A stretch of DNA of 62,438 bases, counting the filler, from Choristocarpus tenellus KU-1152 (Eukaryota; Protista; Phaeophyceae), in the NCBI GenBank assembly GCA_964200185.2. It is 14 parts of 14 records of this genome, joined end to end, with 100 filler letters (N's around TTAATTAATTAA, not from the genome) between each part and the next. Parts side by side here need not be neighbours in the genome. Positions count along the whole stretch, not along the records: positions 46,654 to 51,533 come from CAXNAD020012689.1; positions 51,634 to 59,507 come from CAXNAD020005459.1; positions 59,608 to 62,438 come from CAXNAD020024365.1; 11 more parts are not named here. One strand, 5' to 3'. A program made the position numbers and the translations under genes. Below are positions 51,323 through 62,438 of this stretch, in pieces. The notes below the pieces were generated by a model. It made no database searches, had not been told where the DNA came from, and saw only the letters and a list, made by a program, of their open reading frames with translations. Numbering within the stretch: the stretch's first letter is position 1; each line of letters starts with the position of its first letter.

Positions 51323-51477
51323 GGCTCAAAGTATCAGGGGGGAAGGGTGGCGACTGTCCATTCAGGGCCCATTTTTCCATCTCGCGATTTTTGGGTGAAT
51401 TTGGTTGCATACGTTGGATGGGTAATGTAAGTTCGCTTCTCCTGGTTGGGGCCCAAATGGACACCCTGGTGTAGACC

Positions 51478-51519
<42 letters not shown>

Positions 51520-51533
51520 GCCCCCCCCGCCCC
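51323..51533 (+). mobile_element. MITE family B copy, broken at its poly-C tract
   Basis: Collinear with 20810-21000 over ~155 bp. Confidence 0.9.
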
Positions 51534-53199
51534 NNNNNNNNNNNNNNNNNNNNNNNNNNNNNNNNNNNNNNNNNNNNTTAATTAATTAANNNNNNNNNNN
51601 NNNNNNNNNNNNNNNNNNNNNNNNNNNNNNNNNCTGTTGGATTCTTGGGATGCCTCCCTAGCTCCCCCCCCCGGGGCACAGGAGTAGGTAGATGGGAAGC
51701 AAAGGACGACAGCAGTACAGTATTTTATATTATTGGGGAAGTAACTGATAGATTAGTGGTTATATAAATAACGTAATTGATTTCTTCCACACGAATACCC
51801 TTCCCCTGACCCTGGAAATTTACATCTAATACAAAAATTATTATACCATCTTACATTTTGGATGTGTGTCAAGAAAATAGCAAATTCAATATAATGAAGA
51901 CCCTTGAAACTAATAACCCAAATTCAAATAAGATAAGAAATAACATCCTGGTCAGAATCTGAGAGGTACGATGTTTCAACACTAACCAGATGGAAAACAA
52001 TTCTACTGTGCACTGGCTCTCACACTCCCAAAAAGAGCCAGCAAATGTTGTGTAACTCTATTAACAGTAGGTATAATACTGTACTGACTCTACAGTACTT
52101 ATTTATATTATTATGTAGTACTAAAACCTACTTATTTATATAGGTCCAACTGATTCTTCTCGAAACACCTCCTTGACCAGATCTTCCTCCTTACTCTCTC
52201 GGTCTTCACCCACCCCACATCCAAGAGGAACCACTATTTTATACCTCAAACACTCACCAACAGTTACAGATTCTCCATCTTGACATCGCTCACATCCTCC
52301 CACCTGAAGCATGGGAAAAGACGCAGCCGTGCGCTCACTTATGAAGAATGCCGCTGTTGGTATTGGAATCGCCTTGTCTATGGCGACGCTTTATCACATA
52401 AATATCCAACGTCCATATGTGAGTTATTGCTAAGTACAACTCGAGTCTATTGCAAGCCAGTGTTGCAAGATGGACTAGATTTGTTATGGACTTGAAGATA
52501 CGGAAATGATGTCGTACATATCTAGCGTCTAGTTTATGTTGGCGTTCCTCTCGGGACGAGTCCTTGGCAGAGCTTGAGTTTTGCTCTCTCATCTGCAATT
52601 ACCTCAGCCCAAATCCCGCTAAGCAAATATTGGTATATGTCCTCTCGCATCTTCTCCTATAGTCCCTCTCCATAACTCTCCAGTATCACCATGACCTGTG
52701 GATCCCCGTTGACCTCCGACGCTTTCAGAATCGCAAAATCGAGGATTTCTACAATAGACAGAAGGAACAAGCAAGCTTTCCGTCCCAAGAGTGACCAAGA
52801 AAGCTCCTAAGCACGGGTTTGAGTCGCAAATCCGGAGATGAGTGACTTAGGGGGAGGAATAACAGATGGGATGGAAAACACCTCCTGCCTCACCCGGTCA
52901 GAGTGGAGATCCGGGAGAGGATGGCCTCGGAATATCTAAATCAAAGTCCAAGGCTGTACGACCTGCTGTGTTTGCCTGGATCCCGTAGGCTGCTTATGCC
53001 GTTTTTTGTTCCCTTACTAGATCCCTTGTCTTCCTTCGTTTCAGTCTGATGCCTTGGTCATAAAGCCTCGGGCACAGGGTGGAAGTATTTGTCCCCCTCC
53101 ACCTATCGATGCTGTTGGTCTGGCATCTTACGCACCTTGACATCTGCCGTGTCCAAATACTGCAGTGCGAAAGTTGTACTTCGGGTGATTCCTTGCATG

Positions 53200-53700
53200 T
53201 TGTAAACAGTACAGCAATTGTAGGCTCCGTTTTGTACAGTGTAGTTTAGAATAATGGGTCTCAAATCTCAGTAGATGCTGCTTTACCCTATTACATTATG
53301 TCGATAGGTACACAGCGAGAAGCTATTGGTTGTTCCTTGAATTCCGCCAGGATAGATAGGGACCTACGGCCTGGCCTGTGTATGGGGTAGTGCAAATAAT
53401 CTATTATAGGAATTATAGTAATAATGTTGACACTCAAGTAATCTGTCGAAGTTGCTCCTATAGATAAATGTTCCCCTTGATTCAACTGCCTGCTGATTTT
53501 TCGCAAGTACATTTGAGACTGGGTTGTGGGCCAGATGTTCTATTCAAATATTTTGTTGGCGACAAAATGCAAAATAAAGTATATCATATCAGCACCAAGC
53601 GACCTCAACCTTCGAGTCAGCCTGAACACGCCAGCATTAGAGGCCCTTGTGGGAACACCACGGCAAGCCAACAGTCTCAATCTTTCGATATTTATAAAAA
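53200..53700 (-). pseudogene. Possible decayed Ulp1/C48 peptidase domain (typical transposon cargo)
   Basis: Ordered fragments RLTRRLRSLGADMIYFILHF, DYLSVNIITIIPIIDYLHY and VQNGAYNC resemble the WLnD..I.f, iPi...HW and Q.n..dC motifs; several frameshifts. Confidence 0.35.
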
Positions 53701-56700
53701 ACATCATAACAATATCTGCTCCAACAACACCTATGAGCAGGTAGTTAGGCAATGATCATCTTTAAGACCAACAAAAATGAAAAGGAAAGAAATAGGAAAA
53801 ACTCGAACCAGACCAAGGGCGAAAAAAGGCACAAAAAACAAGAATTGATAGAAAAACTCCCAAAGTTGGTCCATCCAGGAAACACCGTCACCAAAATAAA
53901 TAATACCATCCACCACACCCTTGGACAGGGTCCATTAGAAGGGAGGAATCAATCTAGAAAGAAAATGCCCAGTATTCAAGAAACTTGTTCCCAATTTCGA
54001 GTAGCAAAGAGGATTACAAAAAGATGAACAGTAGAAAGGAGGAAACAGTTCAAAAAATGCATCTCCATGCGCCACGGCAGCAACAAAGTAAGAAAACATC
54101 ACCAATACCAAGAGGCACTAAATGTATCCAGCCACCCAGTCCTCCTGTTAAGTTACGGCATCATATTCCAGACCCAATATCAGGCTATTCAAGGACTAGC
54201 TAAGTTTTGTTGCCGCCTGTGTTACTCTTTAAGCATGGCGGGTTGTGGCCTTGGTAATCCCTGCTTCGCGCCAGTTGTCCATGCATTGGTTGATTTCAGA
54301 TACCTCACCGACAAAAAAGTACATTTTGAGCTTTGGTTTGCCCTCCATCGACAACAACACTCAAAAGAGCAATCCATTTATTTTTCTGATTTGGTAGGGT
54401 CTTAATCCAATTACTTTGTGCTTCAACATATGTTCGCACAAGATAACCCTTGTATGATTTTCAGCACAAAAATAATCCGAAACTTTGATGATCTAGTTGC
54501 TACAGTCCCTCGTTGGATTACTTGGTTTTAGAACACTTTTTTTCATGAGAGTCAAAGTTAACAAGAGGTACACGGTTGCATTTTAAGGATATGCACGTGG
54601 GAATTTCTGAATCATGTCGAAAATTTCCAAGCGATACAGAAATTAACGCCCTCGAGTCAATCTTAGCAAACCATCCATAGAAATATGGGCGAATCGAAAA
54701 AGATGATAAAATGGCTTAAAACGCAAAACGGCCAATACCAGGGTACCTCTCGTTTACTTTTCCTCAGTTCAAATACGTCGTCGATTAAGGCCATCTCACA
54801 AGTTTTGGGACGAAGCGAAGTAATATTTTGTCTGTACATTACGAGCACCATCGTCTTTTTTTGTTTGTTTTTTGTCCTTACACTTTTCGTCAGTGCCACT
54901 GTGAAAGGCTCAAATCGGCTCAATTATATTGTGGTTATGGGATCTCAACAATTAGTATCTGGTCCCGTCTCATGCACGTGTTACTTGTAATCTGTATCAC
55001 CACCAATGACAATTTCAGTATTTTTTTATGTTTGCTCACGCCAACCTCGAGCACCATGAATGATGGTGTGTGATGACTGCTACGGATATCAATCAGATTT
55101 CAATATTGTGCGTCCACGCCGTATCTCACAACAAATCATGCCTTTAAGTCACCGCTGTATACCAAACCGACCTGTCATGCCACCTTAAACATTACGTCCT
55201 GGATGGTGCCAACAGGCACTGATCCACCTTGAGTTCATCCGGTGCTATTTTGCAGGTAGGTGTTGCTGGTGCAGGTATCAAGGCATCTTTTCTAGTGTAC
55301 TGTTTGCTGGTGTCTTCTCAAGTAAGCCTATAATCAACACATTCAATTCCATCATCACCATGGGTTTTATATACTACCCTGCAAAAAAGAAGGGGTGACA
55401 AATGCGTAAAGGTTGCCCATTCTCATACCAATGCTGCTATCACACTGTTCATTGCCACAGAGTTTGAACCATTCCTAAAGAAACCATCTCTCCAAGACAG
55501 CCTCATTCTAGAAAGATCTCTTCACAATAATCAATCCTGGTAAAGCTACATTGTTTGGAGTCCCTCCATCTGGAGTCTTTCTCAATTAATCTTTTTCGTC
55601 CTGACCTCACCACTCCTATGACACATCCTTATCCACAAAGTGGTCCTCCTCTCACCCACAACTATAACTCATCCAAACTGTTGTTGCGGTCTGTCCCGGT
55701 TCATATTTGGTCTCCACCCCCGTCCATGAATTTTCTCACTACAGTTGTCTAAATAAACTGCGCCACCTTGAGGATCACACAATCATATATGTAGTTACAC
55801 TGGTGATTTGAGACGCAGGGTATAGGGCTACATACACGAAAGGAATGCTCCTTCCCCTGCACGCAAATACTGAGTTCCTACGCCAACTTGAGCTGTCATC
55901 AGCAAAAGACCGGATTGTGCAGAGTGTCTTGCTGCCCATCTTGCTGCAGCTGAGCAATGCACACCATCCCAGCAGGTGACAAAGGTGAAGAAGAGGAGCA
56001 CATCTTTGGCCCCTTGGTTGGTGGTCTGCTCGGCAATATCAGGTGCCTATTATTTACCGTTGATGAGAGAGGGAACATAGAGACTCTTTCATTTTAAACT
56101 CTCTTCCATTCGTTCATGATGATGTAGTTCAGATAGTCAAGAGTGCTTGACTCTCAAATGCTAAAATGCGATTTATATTCCCACACAGTGGAATGTGTTC
56201 TGTTTCAACTCAAGGCGGGGACGGGCTTGGTCCTGTGAGCACTAACGAGATAGAACCTAAAGGTTTGTGAATTGGTTAGCTACTTCCATACAACCTACTA
56301 CAACACATAATGCAACTACTCGGAGTACATTTTAAACTTGCTGCACTACAATACATATATTGCAACCGATACATCTCACCATCATACCTAGACACTCCTT
56401 CCCAATGTTCTAGTTGAAGATCGTACAGGTAAGTCTAGGAAAAATATGTGCGGTTTGGGTGTTTGACGATATTTGTGATATCCATTTGCTTCGTGTTGAG
56501 CAATACCTACTACTCCGTATAAAGTTTTATTTTCAGGCATTCAATATCAAGTAGTACTATAATTTATCGCAGATTGTTCCTTGTTCCTTTGTTTCCTGGT
56601 CGCTTTTTACATGTCTATTTGCACACGGACTGCACAAGCAATCACATTCACCATATTTTTACACACTATATTGGAATAGGGCGGCAACCCATTCCTCCAC

Positions 56701-56939
56701 ACGCAACAAATAAATGCCTTTTCCTGATTTCCTTCCTTCACTCTAGCCACAATGCCTCACATCAGTTCTTTAATTGGGAGTTTGTTGGGGGGGAGTTGAC
56801 CTATGGTACCTACATTATTGTATTTCTGAATTCTCCATTGGGTCTGCCTATAATGCCCATGATCTATCTGGAAAATGTTTTGTCGTGTAGAACTCAAGAA
56901 CGTCAAGTTGTGCTGTGGACGAATTGAGACTGGGATGGC

Positions 56940-57435
56940 CAAGGGATATTCCAGCTAGTGAGTTGTCCCCTGTCCCTACGACCATGAAGGAAGTACTTGA
57001 GTCTCGGGAATCCGAGGAGTGGCTCGAGGCTATATATGCTGAGATTGACGGATTAATCGCTAGTAATGGAACATGGGTGCAGGTTCCTCGTCCAACTCAA
57101 GCGAATGTCCTAAAGTTGGAATTCATTTTTACGGGGAAGGTGAATCCAGTGGGATTGGTGGACCGCTGGAAAGCAAGACTGGTGGTACAAGGGTTCCCGA
57201 CAACGGCCTGGTATCGACTGGTAAGAACAGTTTGCACCAACAGCTCAAATGTCAAGCATGCGTATGATCCTTGCACTGACCGCAAGTTTGAGGTGAGACC
57301 TAAACATTGCAGACGCAGTGAGGGCTTTCACCAATGCAGATCTGGAGGAAGACCTGTATGTAGAGCTACCAGAAGAGGGGGTGGGGGCTGAATTCGATGA
57401 GGCAGTTGGGAACCCTACAAAACTGATCAAATACC
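56940..57435 (+). mobile_element. Ty1/Copia reverse transcriptase fragment (pseudogene)
   Basis: PTTMKEVL.....WLEAI..EI..L....TW..VPRP...NVL...FIF..K.....VDRWKARLVVQGF(fs)QRPGID..QFAP...DAVRAFTNADLEEDLYVELP. Confidence 0.93.
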
Positions 57436-58220
57436 CATAGAAATATCCACGTATGACTTCGAATCTTATGTTATTCCAACAAATGAACAAGCATTATCTT
57501 GACTGACATCACCTATTTTTTTCTTCTGCCATTCACCGATATTTATTTGGATGTAGAACCAAGATTGATTGGAGAGCGTTGAATTTTCTGTTGTTAAGAA
57601 AATTTCGACAGAATTAAGAAAATTCCTAACACGCATTTGTGGGAAGTGCCTAAACTTTCACATATTTGTCAACATCCTTAAAATGCAACCCTGTGGGGGA
57701 GTCAAAGCACGGATTGAAGTTAGTTTTAGAATCATTCCATTACTGTACGTACGGTTGAACGCGGTCTACTGCATAGAGGGAGTCAAATAGTGATCACGGA
57801 TTACACATTCAAAACACGAATAGTAGTAAGGTCGTAACTACTCTGGATGGAGGACTTGGTTGCGACTGAGGGATGGGGGGGCGAGTGGAGGATTTGATAC
57901 TGATATTTGAGACAAAGTAGTCCTTACGCACAACTCTTCTCTATAAGAGCTATATATAAAAAACTAATAATAAGTCTAGAGGGGTGAAAACATGCGGCGT
58001 GCATGGTCAGATGCAGCCGTTTCAAGTCTTCCTTGCCTATGAACGAGGAGCAAAATAGTGTCTCAATTAACGTTTTGCTCGACTCTGCCGATTTGCTCAC
58101 ACTCCAACGTCACACCCCACCACTCTTATTCCTCGTTGATGCATCTCTAATCTTTCTCCTACCCAACCTACACAAGAACATGACTCGATAAAATGTACAA
58201 CCCAGGTAGAACCCGCAGTG

Positions 58221-58381
58221 AACAGCCGATTTCAAAAATTGAGGATGGGCTTGACCCAAAATTGACTGGGATAAAGTGTCGATGTCTTTTTTTGTGTTGA
58301 CATTAAAAAAAAATTCATATCGACACTTTATCCCAGTCAATTTTGGGTCAAGCCCATCCTCAATATTTGAAATTGACTGTT
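58221..58381. mobile_element. Fold-back element / MITE with ~63-bp inverted arms (46 bp perfect) and 35-nt spacer
   Basis: 58238-58283 is the exact reverse complement of 58319-58364; ends read CAGYCRATTTC, resembling Tc1/pogo-type termini. Confidence 0.8.
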
Positions 58382-59998
58382 AGTGGGAAATTCCAATCCA
58401 AAAACAAGTTTTTCAACCTGATCAAGGAAGATGTAGAAGTGGCAAAATACTAAATAACTACAAAGCGTTAAAAGGATTGTCTTCCCATCTTGATACGAAA
58501 GCCTTCGATAATACTTCACATTGTATGTACACCACCCCGTATATTACTCCATCAAAATCAAAACACTGTAATCAGGGATACTTGCTTGTTCTCCTCTAAC
58601 GGTTTTTTCCCGTAAGTAAGATAGGTGGGATATCCACAACAAGAACAAAACTGGCTATGAGTAGTTGGGAGTTGGGGCACGTATATTTCAACTCAAGCAA
58701 GACTTAGGTTTGCTCAAACCAAGGGCCTAGCGGCACACTTTGAGCATACTTTTAGGAAGGATCTATCAATAGACCAGACCCGGCATGGTTTAAGGTGCTC
58801 GGGATACATACAATTTTCAGAGCCTCCATGTTGCAAGTAAATATCCTGCTACAAGTATCAACAGCGCCTGTCTCCCCCTGTTGCCATGACGAATGACCTC
58901 CTAAGATGTTGATGTTTGGGGAGTTTGCTGTAATCAAGAGAAAGTCCCTATTGCATTGCGCCCAACATGTACTTGTTGGAACACCATGCCTCTGTGTATC
59001 TTCACACAAACAGCTAAGGTGTATTACGTATATAGTTAGTAGTAGAACATATGCTTTCTTGCTCTAGCCAGTCGTACCAGTCCAAGAACATCAGAGTAAA
59101 AAACCCCCAAAACAGGGCGAACACTAAGCAGCAGTGCTGGTCTTCTTCTATGTATAGTGATGACACCTCTTCAAATGAACAGAAGCCCTAACCCTGAATA
59201 CACAGAAGAGAGGTAATGGTTTCTGAAATTGGAGGCAGCGTTCGCACTATACACCAAACTGTACCTACAGTGCATCCATCCAACACGCTCTCTGTAGTGC
59301 TTTGAATCTCCACTCCTTCTATGCTGTTGCTTCCCAAATCCAACACATCTCTTTCTTTTCCCAAAGCAATAAAAAAAAATCAACGTGCCCTTTCATTCAA
59401 ACCAATGTGTGGAGGGGGGGGGGGGGGGGGGGGGGGGGGTTTAAAAACAAAAACCAGAAAAAAAAACGGGAGGGGTCCCCTGCGGGTCCCCCCGTAACAC
59501 TCCATGGNNNNNNNNNNNNNNNNNNNNNNNNNNNNNNNNNNNNNNNNNNNNTTAATTAATTAANNNNNNNNNNNNNNNNNNNNNNNNNNNNNNNNNNNNN
59601 NNNNNNNGGGTGAGCATTTCTTTCTGTGTGCCAAAATGCACAAACAGTATACATAATTAAGAATTCATATTATAAGAGGAACTTTGAATTGATAGAAGGT
59701 GCAGAGTAAGATTCGAAATGCAAACATAATCTTATAGAATAGATGTTAATTCCTGGAAGTTGCAGAATAAAGATTTATGTGAGTGGAGTGTTTACACAGC
59801 AGTCTGCAGACTTCATTTAACTCTTTGGCTATAGAAAAACGGTGAATGATGTTAATAAAAGGCTGAGTGTTGACCGCACGCCTAAATTCTTTGATCCTTG
59901 CCCTCTTTTGATAAAGCGAAAAGCGAGACATTGAGTGAGCTAAGCATCAACTGACACCATACATGGTCATCATCTGTGAACCCCCCCGTAGCATCGTT

Positions 59999-60676
59999 TT
60001 AAGGTCGTTGGATTTGAGTTGCATATCCTGTGGAGGTGAGTTCGGGGGCGCGCTGTAACAGAAGGTCGCTATCATCCTCATGCGGAAATACCCTAACCCT
60101 TTCCTCATCATCCATCACGTAAAACCAGGTTTCATCCGCATGGATCGTGTTCGCCATGTAGGCGTACACACCACATTTCCAGTCCACTTGATCGCAAACA
60201 AAGTCCATTCTCCATACCGTTTGCCACAGTTTTAAGCTTTGGTTTGATCCAGCGGCGATTTGGCATGGCCCCCTTATCATCCAACCGCCTGTTTATGATG
60301 CTCATGATATAATTCAGCCCATTGGCGACCATCTTCATTGTCACCTGACGCACTGTGGATGACCAATTATCGGAGTTGATATTATGTATTGCGGTCATCT
60401 TGGTCGGTGTAGCTCCGAAGGCCGCCCACTACGTGCCGCCACCCCTAGGTCAAGCGTGTCGCCACGGGCATGCTGATTGGTGATGTCCTCCCAGAGCCCT
60501 CGCATGTAACACTTAGACACTCCAAACTCCGCTGCGAAGGTTGGCCCAACGTGTTGCGGCAGTCTATGCTCACCAAGGACCATCATGAGGGCATGCCATA
60601 CTGCAAGCGCAACCCTGGTATTCAGGGACACTTGGGCACCTTTCCTACGCGAAGGGGTCGACGGGGGGGTTGCCAT
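59999..60676 (-). mobile_element. Mariner-like (DD39D, plant/oomycete-type) transposase pseudogene, N-terminal half
   Basis: HTH AAEFGVSK..MRGLW; RSGRP linker; STVRQV; WIKPKL...RMDFV; TIHADETWFY (first catalytic Asp, cf. HIDEKWFY); two frameshifts, truncated afterwards. Confidence 0.88.
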
Positions 60677-62367
60677 GCCTACGTTCTGACCCTCAACGTG
60701 CCCTGTTCTTGCCTCAAATCACCCCCAAAAGACCCCTACTTTGACGACTTGAAGCACCTCGAGTTTGTACCTGATGATCCTCGACCCCCACCTTTTCTGA
60801 AAGCTGAGATTGTCAACCTGATTTCATTCTATGGGGTCATCATCGGGTTCAGTGCCGTTCTTGCTCGGCAAGCCCAGATGCTTCGCGGCACAAACTTATG
60901 GCACAGAGGTAGTATGTCCTTACAGTCGCTACACCGTAGAAATGCTGGATGCCAAGGTGAAGGTGTGGAAAAGCTGAACCTGGTCCAGCACTGTATTCGT
61001 AGGAGGTAGAAAAATGAGGGGTGGGGTGGTTGAACCTATGGTGTGAGAAGGAAACAACTACCAATGGTAACAAAGCAATTAGTCGGAGTATATTATATGA
61101 GATGTAATCTGGAGAATAATGAATCTGGGCATGAGTTTGGATAGTCCTTAGACAAATAAAGTACGACATTGACCTTTCTTAGCATACTCCCAGTAACTCT
61201 TCATCATAGACAGCCCTATAGCACCAGTGCCTGTAACAAGCCCAATTTCTAAAGTATTGGCATTCCACTGTTCCATCGGCCAGACAGTCTCAACTGACTG
61301 CGACTGTCTACCCGATGGAACTGTGGAATGTCGATTTTTGTCGAGCGTGAAGTATATATTCAACATCATCATCAAACAGTTGCATTCGACAATGAGAAGA
61401 GATCACTCATCCTTATCCTAAAATGAACGTGTAACTAACAAGATCAATGTCACTACCAGATCTTATAACACATCAATTTGTAAATGGTGGTGATCCAATG
61501 GAGGAGGAAACATAGTGGGAGAACCCGCCACCAATATTGTTCTAATGACAGATATGTTAGAGTGACCCTAGCGCCTCACTGCACTCATTCTGCATTGGAC
61601 ACGGCGTCTTCTAAACGTACTATCTTTAAGAGACCTCTCAATATCTAGTCCTCACAACAACTAAAGGCAGTTTCTGGAGGCTTTTCCTGTAACAAAAACC
61701 AAAGAAAAATAAGTGAACTCTCACATAACATGCAACACAGAGTACTGTCAGAAAAAGAAATTTCCTTTCAAAAATCACTCATAAAACATAGTTTTGTGTT
61801 GGTATCGGATTTTATTAACCTTTTAGAGTTGACGTACCCACTTTTATACGTTGAGGCAACCATCTATAGTTTTGATTTTATTTCCGAACAAACAGGAGAC
61901 AATACAAGAAACCACATGGTAATACAAAATTGCGTGTAGTTGTCGAAAGGCTTGTCTCTCTAAAACATAAACTCAAACAAAAAAAGTTAACCAAGCTTGC
62001 AAAATAGGGCACTGTTCAAGAAAGACTCATCTCCTCATCATCATCATCCACAGTAGGGTACTTCCGAGGTATCCCTGTACATTGAGTAGAAGCATTGCAA
62101 GGCAAAGGTCTGGTTACGACCCAGAGATAGATCAGATGCAAAATAATTAATATACAAAAGGCACTGCAATGCAGGACTTAGGTCTTAGAGTTGGATGAGT
62201 TGGAAGGACATCAAAAAGGTGGAAAATCACTGCTTGGCATGTAGTGCATTTTCCTGTTGTGGAAGAGGCAACAAGGATCACACCTACCTGTATATGTAAG
62301 ATGGATTATATCCAGAGAGAGATGAGTGAAGAGGGGAGGTGTCATGTAGTATAAATAGTACAGTGAT

Positions 62368-62438
62368 GACCCAAAGTATCTGGGGGGGGGGGGGGGGGGG
62401 CGCACCCCAGGTGTTCCCGTTGTGCCCAAAAAGAAGGA
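62368..62438 (-). mobile_element. MITE family B terminus with poly-G (window end)
   Basis: GACCCAAAGTATCT-polyG-...CCAGGTGT.CC.TT. Confidence 0.75.

Noticed and set aside
3114-59607. Regularly recurring TTAATTAATTAA motif (repeat/spacer-like pattern)
   Set aside because: Artificial six-frame-stop spacer between unordered contigs; not biological, and it invalidates gene neighbourhoods across it.
180-62429. Most of the short 60-130 aa ORFs in the supplied track
   Set aside because: Antisense shadows, intronic or repeat-derived frames, or run-ins to N spacers; no independent support.

Overview
Eukaryotic DNA with spliced genes and many transposable elements. It most likely comes from a brown alga or related stramenopile, inferred from long GT-AG introns, scattered TTAGGG/CCCTAA motifs, a plant-like KCS gene and the TE types. 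The window is not contiguous: it is 14 short contigs joined by 13 artificial 100-bp spacers (N44-TTAATTAATTAA-N44), so neighbourhoods are meaningful only within a contig. Host gene fragments are the CDC73/parafibromin 5' end (first intron GC-AG), an FAE1/KCS 3-ketoacyl-CoA synthase, a Sfi1-like/IQ/ankyrin-repeat protein, and a protein with a small Cys/His module and a long disordered tail. Mobile DNA includes a decayed Ty3/Gypsy element with a CCCH finger, two Ty1/Copia pieces, a mariner pseudogene, CRE-type LINE remnants, two related MITE families and a fold-back element. The most interesting stretch is contig 15260-19156. There a spliced Sola2/DUF7869-like transposase gene lies head-to-head with a spliced ParB/Sulfiredoxin-domain gene. 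Between them are a ~210-bp tandem array and two related palindromes that differ by a compensatory base change. This may be a eukaryotic DNA transposon carrying a ParB-like cargo gene. All family assignments come from motif recognition by eye, not database searches.
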